Positions 1-8,608 of a stretch of 64,000 nucleotides of DNA are shown here, in pieces. This DNA is from Myxococcota bacterium. Its GTDB lineage: Bacteria > Myxococcota_A > Polyangia > Nannocystales > Nannocystaceae. Under the pieces are notes generated by a model that made no database searches, was not told the origin of the DNA, and saw nothing but the letters and a program-made list of their open reading frames with translations. Location: positions 128,001 to 192,000 of the forward strand of contig JBCCHT010000024.1 in the NCBI GenBank assembly GCA_039028615.1, in the 5' to 3' direction. Position 1 is the first letter of the stretch; each line of letters begins with the position of its first letter. The translations under genes and the position numbers were made by a program.

Positions 1-707
1 TAGGCGGGCGTGCCCACGACCACGCCGCTGCTGGTATCGAGCTCCGTGCGCCGAATGGTCTGCTCCTCCGACTGCAGGCTGGAGTGCTCCTCGCGGATTT
101 CACCTTGGACCTGCGCCAGGCCGAAGTCGGTGACTCGAGCGCGTCGGTCGGCGCCCAGCAACACGTTGCCGGGCTTGAAGTCGCGGTGCACGAGTCCAGC
201 CGCATGCGCGGCGGCGAGGCCTCGCCCCGCTTGGACGCAGATCTCGAGGACCTCCCGCCAGGGTCGTCGTTCGCGGAACCATTCTCGCAGGGTCTCGCCC
301 GCGACGTACTCCATGACGATCAGGACGCGATGGCGATCGACCTCGACGTCGTAGACCCCCACGACGTTGGGGTGGCTCAGGCGCGCCATGGCGCGGGCTT
401 CCTGGGCGAGGCGTGCCTCGGTCGCGGCGTCGAGGGCCATCGCCTTGATCTGCTTGATCGCGACCTCACGGCCCAGGCGAGGGTCGTAGGCGCGAAGGAC
501 CCGGCCCATGGCGCCCTCGCCCAGCGAGTCGAGGGCGACGTAGCGACCGATGTTCGAGCCCATGGCGATGGGCGCGGTTTCGGACTCGAGGACGGCCGAG
601 GTCGCGTCCCCCGTCAGCAGCTCCGAGGACCACCGCGGCTGCGCGTGGGGTGGGTCCGGGCGGTGGATGGAGCGGGTCTCCGTTTCCAACGACCCGGGTT
701 CATCCAT
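1..707 (-). CDS. Ser/Thr protein kinase, N-terminal part (gene runs off the left edge)
   Basis: Not in the ORF track because it is truncated. Manual translation from ATG 707 gives MDEPGS...[16 protein letters not shown]...VAIK...[11 protein letters not shown]...VTDFGLA...GTPA. TACCCT lies 7 nt before the ATG. Confidence 0.9.
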   Translation of the reverse strand, partial: MDEPGSLETETRSIHRPDPPHAQPRWSSELLTGDATSAVLESETAPIAMGSNIGRYVALDSLGEGAMGRVLRAYDPRLGREVAIKQIKAMALDAATEARLAQEARAMARLSHPNVVGVYDVEVDRHRVLIVMEYVAGETLREWFRERRPWREVLEICVQAGRGLAAAHAAGLVHRDFKPGNVLLGADRRARVTDFGLAQVQGEIREEHSSLQSEEQTIRRTELDTSSGVVVGTPA

Positions 708-858
708 CGGGTCCAGGGTACGTCGACGGCGGATTCGACAGGGGGCCCAATGCGGGCGGGTGCGGCGTCCAGCGTGACGCGCGAAGACGGTGTTTTGCGT
801 CCGCACGAGGAGCGTGGTTTTCGGTACGATCAGAAGCCCCGTTGCCGGGGACGACACC

Positions 859-3684
859 GTGGGCCGATCCGACGAGCAATCCACCCCGGCCGCGGCCTTG
901 GGCAAAGCAGCCACGGTTGCAGTCGAGTCGGGGAGTAGGGGAGTCCCCTCGCCACCGAGCGGGGACGACATAACGTTGCTCGATGGCGAGGCGCCTCGCT
1001 TCGAGCCGATGCTGGATCTGCAGCAGCTCGGTCGTTACACGATCATGAGCGAGCTGGGCCGGGGGGGTATGGGTTCGGTCTACGAAGCCTTCGATCGCAA
1101 CCTCGATCGGCGGATCGCGGTGAAGGTCCTGCACCGCGACGTGGGCTGGACCCACGCCGAGCGGCTGCGCCGAGAGGCCCAGGCGTTGGCGCGGCTGTCT
1201 CACCCCAACGTGGTCCAGGTCTACGAGGTCGGCGAGGCCAAGGGGCAGACCTACATCGCCATGGAGCTGGTGGAGGGGCAGACCCTGCGGCAGTGGGCCG
1301 AACGGCAGCCGCGACCCGGGTGGCGAGAGTGCGTGGCCGTCTACCTGCAGGCGGGCCAGGGGCTCTCGGCCGCGCACGACGAAGGCCTGGTGCATCGCGA
1401 CTTCAAGCCGAGCAACGCGGTGATGGACGGCGAGGGGCGGGTTCGCGTGCTCGACTTCGGCCTGGCGCGCGAGGTGGGAGACGACAGCGAGACCTCGCCG
1501 CACGAAGGGGTGGACCCCGCCACGCCGCCGCCCTCCGAGGCCTTGTCCGCGCTGGATACCCCCCTGACCCAGACCGGCGTGGTCATGGGGACGCCCGCCT
1601 ATATGCCGGTCGAGCAGCTGCGCGGGCAGGATGCCGACGCCCGCAGCGATCAGTTCGCGTTTTGTGTCGCGCTATACGAGGCGCTGTACGGCGAGCGGCC
1701 CTTCGCCGGGCACTCCACGGCCGCGCTGATGCTGGCGGTCGGAGGTGGTGACATTCGGCCTGCGCCGCGGGGGCACGGGGTACCGACCAAGCTGCGGCAG
1801 CTGATCGTTCGAGGCCTGGCGGCGGCGCCCGAAGATCGCTGGCCCACCACCGACGCGCTCTTGGTGCAGCTGCGGCGACTCGTCGCCCCTCGGACGCGGC
1901 GGTGGCTGATGCTGGGGCTGGCGGGTGGCCTCGGCCTGGCCGGGGTGGGTCTGTCGCAGTACGCGGCGGTCGGTTTTCGTTGCGATGGCGCGCGTCGCTT
2001 GCTCGACGGGGCCTGGGACGCGGAGCGCCACGAAGCGGTCGGTGCCGCGATCACGGCGACGGGGATCGAGCACGCGGCCGAGACCTGGCCACGCGTGGAG
2101 CAGCGGCTCGATGCCTATGCCGATGCGTGGGTGGCCAAGCAAACCGAGGTCTGCGAGTCGACCCGCGTGACCGAGCAGCAGAGCGAGTCGCTGATGGAGC
2201 TTCGCATGGCCTGCTTGTCCACGCGGCGGGTGGCCTTGCGCGAGACCACCGAGGTGCTGGCCAAGGCGAACGCGGCGCGGGTCAACCAGGCGCTGAACCT
2301 GGTCGACAGCCTCCCGAGCCTCGGTCGGTGTGACGACGTGGAAGCGCTCGCGGCCGAGGTTCCGCTCCCCGAGGACCCCGCCGTCGCGCGCGAGGTGGAG
2401 ATGCTGCGCGAGCAGCTCGATCGCGCCCGGCTGCTCGCGGTGGTGGGCGAGTTCACCGAAGGGCTGCAGGTCACCGAGCGCGTCGTCGCGCGGGCGGACG
2501 CGCTCGACTATGCGCCCCTACGCTCGGAGGCGCTGCTGCGGCGGGCTCAGCTCTACGATGCGGCGGGGCGCTACACCGAGGCCTACGACGACACCGAGCG
2601 CGCCTACCTGCTGGCGGTCGAGCATCGACACGAGACGGTCGAGCTGGCGGCGGTCACCGAGCTCATCCATGCGGTGGGCGAGCGGCAGTCGAAGCCCGAG
2701 GCGGCGCTGCAGTGGAGCAAGACCGCGCTGGCCTTGGCGCGCGAGCCCCTCGATAGAGCTTCGGTCCTCGCGCGGGTGGGGTCGATCTACAAGGACCAGG
2801 GGAAGCTGGACGAAGCGCTCGACCATCAGCTGCGGGCGCTGGCGATCCGCGAGGAGGCGCTGGGCCCGGAGCACCCCGCGGTGGCCAGCTCTCTCAACGG
2901 AGTGGCGGCGATCCTGCGACGCCAGGGCAAGCTGGACGAGGCCCTCGAGCATCACCGTCGGGCGCTAGCGATCCGCGAGGCGGCCCTGGGCCCCCGGCAC
3001 CCGATGATCGCCAGCTCGCTCAACAACATGTCCAACGTGCTCGTGCAGAAGGGGCAGACGACGGATGGGCGGCTCGCCCTCGAGAAGGCGCTGGCGATCC
3101 GCGAAGAGACGCTCGGGCCCACGCACCCCAAGCTCGGTACGATCTTGAGCAACCTTGGAGAGCTGTTCGCCAAGGAGGGAGACTACGCGGGCGCGCACGT
3201 CATGTACGCGCGCGCTCGGGCGGTGATGCGCGAGGGCTTGGGGCCGACCCACCCCCGGTTGTTGTGGGTGATCTTCGGGACCGCCGAAGCCTACGAGCTC
3301 GAAGGGCGGCTCGGCGAAGCGGCGGAGCACTACGCGCTCGCGCTCGACGGGTGGGAGCAGGTCCGCGGGCACCAGCATCCCGACGTGGTGCCACCGCTGC
3401 TGCGCCTGGCGGTGGTCGAGCTGGCGCGGGGAGACGAAGAGGCGGCACGAGAGCATGCCCAGCGGGCGCTGACGATCCGGGAGTCGGGCGAGACCGACGC
3501 GGGGTCGATGGCCGAGGCTCGTTTCGTCGCCGCCCGGGCGCTATGGGGCCTGTCCGAGCAACGCGGCCGGGCGCGGGCGCTGGCGGAGCTGGCTCGCGGT
3601 ACCTACGGTGGGCTCGAGCGGGCGACCGAGCTCGCGGAGGTCGAGACATGGCTGGCCGAGCACATGCTCGAGCCGAGCCCGTGA
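859..3684 (+). CDS. Membrane Ser/Thr protein kinase with C-terminal TPR repeats
   Basis: [21 protein letters not shown] and GTPAY motifs, a TM segment, a Cys-containing domain, and 42-aa LGxxHPxxAxSLNN TPR units. Start uncertain (ORF open from 790; GTG 859 chosen). Confidence 0.92.
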   Translation: MGRSDEQSTPAAALGKAATVAVESGSRGVPSPPSGDDITLLDGEAPRFEPMLDLQQLGRYTIMSELGRGGMGSVYEAFDRNLDRRIAVKVLHRDVGWTHAERLRREAQALARLSHPNVVQVYEVGEAKGQTYIAMELVEGQTLRQWAERQPRPGWRECVAVYLQAGQGLSAAHDEGLVHRDFKPSNAVMDGEGRVRVLDFGLAREVGDDSETSPHEGVDPATPPPSEALSALDTPLTQTGVVMGTPAYMPVEQLRGQDADARSDQFAFCVALYEALYGERPFAGHSTAALMLAVGGGDIRPAPRGHGVPTKLRQLIVRGLAAAPEDRWPTTDALLVQLRRLVAPRTRRWLMLGLAGGLGLAGVGLSQYAAVGFRCDGARRLLDGAWDAERHEAVGAAITATGIEHAAETWPRVEQRLDAYADAWVAKQTEVCESTRVTEQQSESLMELRMACLSTRRVALRETTEVLAKANAARVNQALNLVDSLPSLGRCDDVEALAAEVPLPEDPAVAREVEMLREQLDRARLLAVVGEFTEGLQVTERVVARADALDYAPLRSEALLRRAQLYDAAGRYTEAYDDTERAYLLAVEHRHETVELAAVTELIHAVGERQSKPEAALQWSKTALALAREPLDRASVLARVGSIYKDQGKLDEALDHQLRALAIREEALGPEHPAVASSLNGVAAILRRQGKLDEALEHHRRALAIREAALGPRHPMIASSLNNMSNVLVQKGQTTDGRLALEKALAIREETLGPTHPKLGTILSNLGELFAKEGDYAGAHVMYARARAVMREGLGPTHPRLLWVIFGTAEAYELEGRLGEAAEHYALALDGWEQVRGHQHPDVVPPLLRLAVVELARGDEEAAREHAQRALTIRESGETDAGSMAEARFVAARALWGLSEQRGRARALAELARGTYGGLERATELAEVETWLAEHMLEPSP

Positions 3685-3775
3685 TGCGCTGCTGGTCGTC
3701 GTAAGGGGAACGCTTGGGCGCGGGACCGAAGGGCAATCCACTGGGCGGGGGGTGCCCCAGTTCAGGTCGAGCGCT

Positions 3776-3791
3776 TGTGAAATATTTCATA
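3776..3791 (+). promoter_or_regulatory. CRP-type binding site TGTGA-AATATT-TCATA upstream of the Crp/Fnr gene
   Basis: 9/10 match to TGTGA-N6-TCACA, inside a longer imperfect palindrome (3770-3797). TACGTT -10 candidate at 3814-3819 and GTG start at 3826. Confidence 0.75.
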
Positions 3792-3825
3792 GGCGCTTCA
3801 CTGCGCCCTCGTTTACGTTGAGTGG

Positions 3826-4503
3826 GTGAGCGATTCGCTCCACGCCGTGCTCTCGGCACTGTGGCTGTTCGAGGACCTCACCGAGGCCGAGTTCGCGACG
3901 CTGCTGCAGTCGATGCAGATTCGGACCTATCGCTCCAAGGAAGTCATCGTCAAGAAGGGCGGCCCCGCCGACGGGCTCTACGTGATCCTCGATGGGCACG
4001 CCAAGGTCTCGTCGCAGAACAAGGAGGGCTGGGACACCGCCTTCTCCGTGATGGGGCCCAACGAGGCCTTCGGCGAGATCGCCCTGCTCGACGGTCAGCC
4101 GCGCTCGGCCACGGTCACCACGATGAAGGCGTGCCAGGTCGCGTTCATGCCCGTGTCGACCTTTCGCCACCTGCTGATCGAGTCGCCGACCATCGCGGTG
4201 AAGCTGCTGGGGGTCTTGGCCAAGCGGGTACGAAGGCTCAGCCAGAACCTCGAGGATCGCGATGCGCTCGGGGTCCGCGAGCGGCTCGCCAAGCAGCTGT
4301 TGTCCTTGGCCGAGTCGAGCCCCGAGGGGCTGATGGTCGATCTGTCGCTGTCGCAGCAAGAGCTCGGCGACCTGGTGGGCGCGACGCGGGAGAGCGTGAA
4401 CAAGCACCTGCGCGAGTGGCAGAAGCAAGGCTTCATCGAGCAGCGCCGACGCGCGCTGCTGCTGCAGGACGTCCAGGCGCTGCGGTCGCTGGCCGGAGGC
4501 TGA
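3826..4503 (+). CDS. Crp/Fnr family transcriptional regulator (cNMP-binding domain + HTH)
   Basis: Phosphate-binding cassette FGEIALLDGQPRSATV and HTH SQQELGDLVGATRESVNKHL. Confidence 0.95.
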   Translation: MSDSLHAVLSALWLFEDLTEAEFATLLQSMQIRTYRSKEVIVKKGGPADGLYVILDGHAKVSSQNKEGWDTAFSVMGPNEAFGEIALLDGQPRSATVTTMKACQVAFMPVSTFRHLLIESPTIAVKLLGVLAKRVRRLSQNLEDRDALGVRERLAKQLLSLAESSPEGLMVDLSLSQQELGDLVGATRESVNKHLREWQKQGFIEQRRRALLLQDVQALRSLAGG

Positions 4504-4518
4504 GCTCGGGCACGTCGC

Positions 4519-5283
4519 TCAGCTCAGGTCGAAGACCTGGCCGCACTGCACGAAGCCGAGGAAGCCATCGGCGCGGGCGTCGGGTAGCTCGCCCGTCTGG
4601 TAGTGGTACAGCCACATCTTGGCGCGGGTCTCCTCGGGCAGCTCGCGCAGCTCTTCGTAGTGCGCATGCACGCCGGTCTTGTAGGGCGTGGTCTCGCAAT
4701 CGTGGAAGATGAGATCGCTCGATTGCAGCGACGGCCACAGGTGATCCGGCTCGAAGCGGGTATCGGTGGTGATGAGGGTGGAGCGCTCGTCGATGATCTG
4801 CAGCCCGTAGCTGTGGACGATGCGATCGGCACCGCGCACGTGGATCGTGGGGACGAGGCGGACGTGGTGGCCGCACCATTCGAAGCCGCCGCCGTCGGCG
4901 ATGGGGTGGACGTCGAAGAAGGTCTCGAGCGTCGTCTCTTTGTCGCTGACGTGCCCCATACCGCCGCGCAGCGTGTTCTCCCACAGCGGCTGCACGAGCG
5001 ACTCACTGATGAACAGCCGCGGCCGCTCGCAAACGGGATCGAAGTACGTGGAGAAGCCCAGGTACTCGAGGCCTCCCGTGTGGTCGGCGTGCAGGTGGCT
5101 GATGTACAGATCGTTGACGTCGCGGTGGCTACGGCCCGCGGCGGCGAGCGAGCGCGGCAGGTCGGTCCCCGCGTCGATCAGCATGGATCGGTCGCAGCCG
5201 CTGCCGTGCAGCAGCATGTTCGACTGAAAGTTGTCTGCGCTCGAGGAAAACGCGGAGCCCGAGCCCAGGAACATCAGCTTCAT
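4519..5283 (-). CDS. MBL-fold metallo-hydrolase, Apyc1-like cyclic nucleotide phosphodiesterase
   Basis: GSGSAFS, LIDAG, SHLHADHTGGLE, LWENTLRGG, IFHDC, GVHA and LYHY, in the same order and at a similar length as anti-Pycsar Apyc1-family enzymes as I recall them. Confidence 0.85.
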   Translation of the reverse strand: MKLMFLGSGSAFSSSADNFQSNMLLHGSGCDRSMLIDAGTDLPRSLAAAGRSHRDVNDLYISHLHADHTGGLEYLGFSTYFDPVCERPRLFISESLVQPLWENTLRGGMGHVSDKETTLETFFDVHPIADGGGFEWCGHHVRLVPTIHVRGADRIVHSYGLQIIDERSTLITTDTRFEPDHLWPSLQSSDLIFHDCETTPYKTGVHAHYEELRELPEETRAKMWLYHYQTGELPDARADGFLGFVQCGQVFDLS

Positions 5284-5317
5284 GAAGACAGCCTAGGAGA
5301 GGCGCCCTCAACACCGT

Positions 5318-5333
5318 TATGAACCCGTTCACA
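5318..5333 (-). promoter_or_regulatory. CRP-type binding site TGTGA-ACGGGT-TCATA upstream of the MBL hydrolase
   Basis: Plus strand reads TATGAACCCGTTCACA. Half-sites are identical to the box at 3776-3791, with the same 34-nt gap to the start codon. TAGGCT -10 candidate lies 6 nt before ATG 5283. Confidence 0.75.
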
Positions 5334-5425
5334 GTGGGGGTGTTTTTGTGGGTTCTTTCGGGGCCGGCTTCCACATTTCGGCGCCGGTCTCGCCCGTTCT
5401 GGAGCAAGACCGGCGGCGGGAGGAC

Positions 5426-6694
5426 TCAGTCCTGCCCGCAGACGAAGGCGAGCTCGTTGCGGAGCAGCTCTTCGCCGTCGGGGATCGAGTCACCGTCGGC
5501 ATCGGTCGCGCTGCCGTCGCTGACCGCGACCTCGGTGAGCACGAAACCGTTGGTGATCACCCGCTCGGACTGGGTCACCAGGATGGCGCCCGGCCCCGCG
5601 ATCGCGTCGTTGAACCGGCCGGCGACGAAGCCCCCTCCCGCGAGATCCAGCTCGTCTCCGTTGTCGGCCCAGATGTCGTTGTACATCAGCGGGTCGGGGA
5701 AGGTCTCGAGGTTCGAGAACAAGTCGACGGGGCTCGCCGTGTCCGGGTGGATGAGCTGGGGCGCGTCGAACGAGGCCGAGACCAACACGCCCAGGGTGTC
5801 CTGCATCTCCGCGTCGGAGTCGAGGTTCCAGAACCCGAAGATCAGGCGGCCCCCCGCGTTCACCCAGTTCTGCAGCCGGGAGCGGGTGCTGTCGGGGACC
5901 ACGGTGAAGTTCGAGGGATCGTCGATGATGACGACTTGGAACCCGCCGGCATCGAAGGCGTTGTTGAAGTCGACGTCGCTGTTGGTGGAGATCGCCGTGA
6001 AGCCGAGGGCCGCGGCGGCGTCTTCGGGAGCGGTGGAGCCGAACCCGCTGCCCGTGCTGCCGTTGAAGATGAGGGCCGAGGCCACCACCTGGCAATCGAG
6101 CGTGGCATCGCAGACGTCGGCGGTGCATCCGAGCCCGTCGTTGCAGGCGGTGTCGTCGGGGACCGACTGGCAGCTCGTGCTGGTGTCGCAGGTGTCGACG
6201 GTGCAGGCGACCCCGTCGTCGCACAGCGAGTCGTCGGGAATCCCGATGCATCCGCGGGTGGGGTCGCACATATCGGTGGTGCAGGGGATGCTGTCGTTGC
6301 AGCGGTCGTCCGAGGCGGTGCTCGAGCAACCCATCACCGCGTCGCAGCTGTCGATCGTGCAGCTGACCCCGTCGTCGCAGGCGTCGTCCGAGGGGCTGTT
6401 GACGCAGGCCCCGTCGACACACTCGTCGGTGGTGCAGGCGACCCCGTCGTCGCAGTCCTTCGCCGTGCTGCACTCGCCACCGGTCGGGCTCGCCGTCGTA
6501 TCGCCCGTGGCCGGGTCTCCGGTCTCCTCCTCGGCCGCCGTCGAGTCGCCGGGTGTGCCGGTCGTGCCCGTCGCGTCGGTCGTGCCCGTACTCGCGTCGG
6601 ACTCCGAGATGGGCGGCGGGTTGAACGTGCAGGCCAGACCCGCGGAGATCAGCAGCAGCGCGCCGTGGTGGCGAAAGGCAGGGTTAGTCTTCAC
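5426..6694 (-). CDS. Lipoprotein with Cys-rich CDDGxxCTxDxC repeats and a C-terminal globular domain
   Basis: Lipobox-like AGLAC, Thr/Gly/Asp linker, five C[DN]DxxxCTxDxC repeats, C-terminal DADGDSIPDGEE (Ca-binding-like). Start taken as GTG 6694. Confidence 0.8.
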   Translation of the reverse strand: MKTNPAFRHHGALLLISAGLACTFNPPPISESDASTGTTDATGTTGTPGDSTAAEEETGDPATGDTTASPTGGECSTAKDCDDGVACTTDECVDGACVNSPSDDACDDGVSCTIDSCDAVMGCSSTASDDRCNDSIPCTTDMCDPTRGCIGIPDDSLCDDGVACTVDTCDTSTSCQSVPDDTACNDGLGCTADVCDATLDCQVVASALIFNGSTGSGFGSTAPEDAAAALGFTAISTNSDVDFNNAFDAGGFQVVIIDDPSNFTVVPDSTRSRLQNWVNAGGRLIFGFWNLDSDAEMQDTLGVLVSASFDAPQLIHPDTASPVDLFSNLETFPDPLMYNDIWADNGDELDLAGGGFVAGRFNDAIAGPGAILVTQSERVITNGFVLTEVAVSDGSATDADGDSIPDGEELLRNELAFVCGQD

Positions 6695-6867
6695 TGCCAA
6701 ACGATGCCACCGCCCGCGGCGATGGGATGTCAGCGGCCTTACCCCTGCTCCAGCACCGAGCCCGGTGGCGCATCGGCGCATTCGCGCATGGGTCCATTTG
6801 GATCCTGAGATTCGTATTGCGCTGCTACGAGTGGGAGTTTGACGTGTGGTCGAGGGTGGGTCCGAAC

Positions 6868-6913
6868 AAAAATGGCCGCCAGCGATCCGGGGTTTCCCGC
6901 ACCACTGGCGACC
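6868..6913 (-). terminator. Putative intrinsic terminator
   Basis: Minus-strand stem GGTCGCCAG...CTGGCGGCC followed by a T5 tract (AAAAA at 6868-6872), about 60 nt downstream of the 6975 stop. Confidence 0.5.
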
Positions 6914-6974
6914 GCGCCTCGTCACTCGGTCGACGGTCTCCCCACCGCGACGAGAGGACGGACTCGCGCCCTAC

Positions 6975-7685
6975 CTACCAGGGGTCTCCCACGCTCACCG
7001 AGGTGCCGGCCCACTTGTAACAGCCCCCTCCGCTCTTGCCTCCGCCACCCGAGCAGCTGTCCAGGGCTTCACAGGTCGTGATGTCGACCTCGCCCTCGGG
7101 GGCGGGCACCCAGCAGAACAAGCCGGTCTCGTTCTCCTCCCAGTAGCACTGCTCGCCCTCGTAGAACTCGCAGGCCCACGGGTAGAAGTAGCCCTCGGAG
7201 CCTTCGGACCACTTGTAGCAGCCGCCTCCACTCTCGTCGCCGCCGCCTTCGGTGCACGAGTCCAGAGCGCGGCATTCTTCGTAGCTGAGCTTGCCTTCGG
7301 GGGCGGGCACCCAGCAGAACAGGCCGGTCTCGTTCTCCTGCCAGTAGCAGCCGACCTCCGCGTACTCTTCGCAGACGACCTCTCCGGTGCTGGCTTCTTC
7401 TCCGGTGGAGTCGTCGGCACTCGTGTCGTCGGTGGCTGTGTCGTCGGTGGCTGCGTCGTCGGTCGCCCCATCGTCGGTGGCGGCGTCGTCCGTTGCCGCG
7501 TCCGTCGCTGCATCATCGTTGCCGGTCGTCGTGGCCGGGGTGTCGGTGTCGTTCGGGGTTGAGCCCGTGGTCGCGGCACCGCCGTCGTCGTCGTCGTCGA
7601 TGGGCTCCTCCTCCAGGATGCAGCCGAACGCGAGCATGGAGCTGAGCGCAGCGGTGGAGAAGACGGATCGCTTGAAAATTCTCAT
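6975..7685 (-). CDS. Acidic lipoprotein with two copies of a 6-Cys domain
   Basis: MRIFKRS...LAFGC lipobox, TDDAA-type linker repeats, and duplicated CYWxENETGLFCWVPAPEG...CxALDSC...SGGGCYKW. GAGAGGA RBS-like sequence upstream. Confidence 0.85.
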   Translation of the reverse strand: MRIFKRSVFSTAALSSMLAFGCILEEEPIDDDDDGGAATTGSTPNDTDTPATTTGNDDAATDAATDDAATDDGATDDAATDDTATDDTSADDSTGEEASTGEVVCEEYAEVGCYWQENETGLFCWVPAPEGKLSYEECRALDSCTEGGGDESGGGCYKWSEGSEGYFYPWACEFYEGEQCYWEENETGLFCWVPAPEGEVDITTCEALDSCSGGGGKSGGGCYKWAGTSVSVGDPW

Positions 7686-7961
7686 GGTGGTTCCTCTCGT
7701 GTCGTCAATGAAGACAGCACTGACGTGGAGCGCTCGGCTCTGTCGGTGGAGCGATGGATCCGTGGCTTCACGGCGCTCCCCGGTGGGAGCAAGGGCGGCA
7801 CCACGGGCGCTGACACCCAAGCAGTCCGGGGGCGCACAGGTTCGTTCCCGATTAATTCGCGCTCGATCGAAGATCGACGCGAAACGCCGATTACCAGCGT
7901 TGCGCGATTGAAGGCGTGGGGTCTTTCCCGACGGTTTCGGTTGTTGCTGCGGGCGGCTCGA

Positions 7962-8582
7962 TCAAATCCGGCGACCGAGTGCACGGGCGATGGCTTCGAG
8001 ATCGCCTTTGACCGCGGAGGCATCGGCCGGGGCTACGAGCGTGGGCAACACACCCTCGAGCGCCCGGCGGGCCCGGTGGAGCCGAGTACGGGCGGTGGTG
8101 GGCTCGACCTCGAAGACCTCGGCCAGCTCGTTGGCGCGCATACCTTCCCAGTAGTGCAGTTCCAGCAGGGCTTGCTGCTCGACCGGCACCCGCTGGAGCG
8201 CGCTCAGTAGCAGCCCGTGCTGTTCCTCGGCGGCCAGGGCCGAGCTGGGCGAGCGCCCGAGCGCATGGATCGAGGACACCCCGGCATCGAAGTCCCGCTT
8301 GGCGTCCTTGCGGGTGCGGTCGCGCAGGTGCTTGAACAGCTGGCGACGGGCGATCGCAAACAAGAAGGTGCGGAAGCTGGCGTCCCCGCGGAATCGCTCG
8401 GCCGACTCGATGCAGCCCATGAAGGTGGCCTGCACCAGGTCCTCGAACTCTTCGCTGCTGACCTTGTTGACGAAGAACCGACGGACGGCGGGGAAGTGGC
8501 GGCGGAACAGGGTGTTGCCCGCGTCCTTGTTTCCCTCACGCCAGGCTTCGAGCAGCCCCGCGTCGGTCTCGGCTTCGGTCAT
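7962..8582 (-). CDS. ECF RNA polymerase sigma factor
   Basis: Region 2 EDLVQATF...FRGDASFRTFLFAIARRQL and region 4 LLELHYWEG...ELAEVFEV...TRLHRARRAL. Confidence 0.92.
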   Translation of the reverse strand: MTEAETDAGLLEAWREGNKDAGNTLFRRHFPAVRRFFVNKVSSEEFEDLVQATFMGCIESAERFRGDASFRTFLFAIARRQLFKHLRDRTRKDAKRDFDAGVSSIHALGRSPSSALAAEEQHGLLLSALQRVPVEQQALLELHYWEGMRANELAEVFEVEPTTARTRLHRARRALEGVLPTLVAPADASAVKGDLEAIARALGRRI

Positions 8583-8608
8583 CCCCACAACGTAGCAGGC
8601 ATCGAGCG

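Noticed and set aside
5382..5415. Hairpin CGCCGGTCT...AGACCGGCG after the 5426 stop
   Set aside because: No U-tract and not seen repeated elsewhere, so it cannot be called a terminator or REP element.
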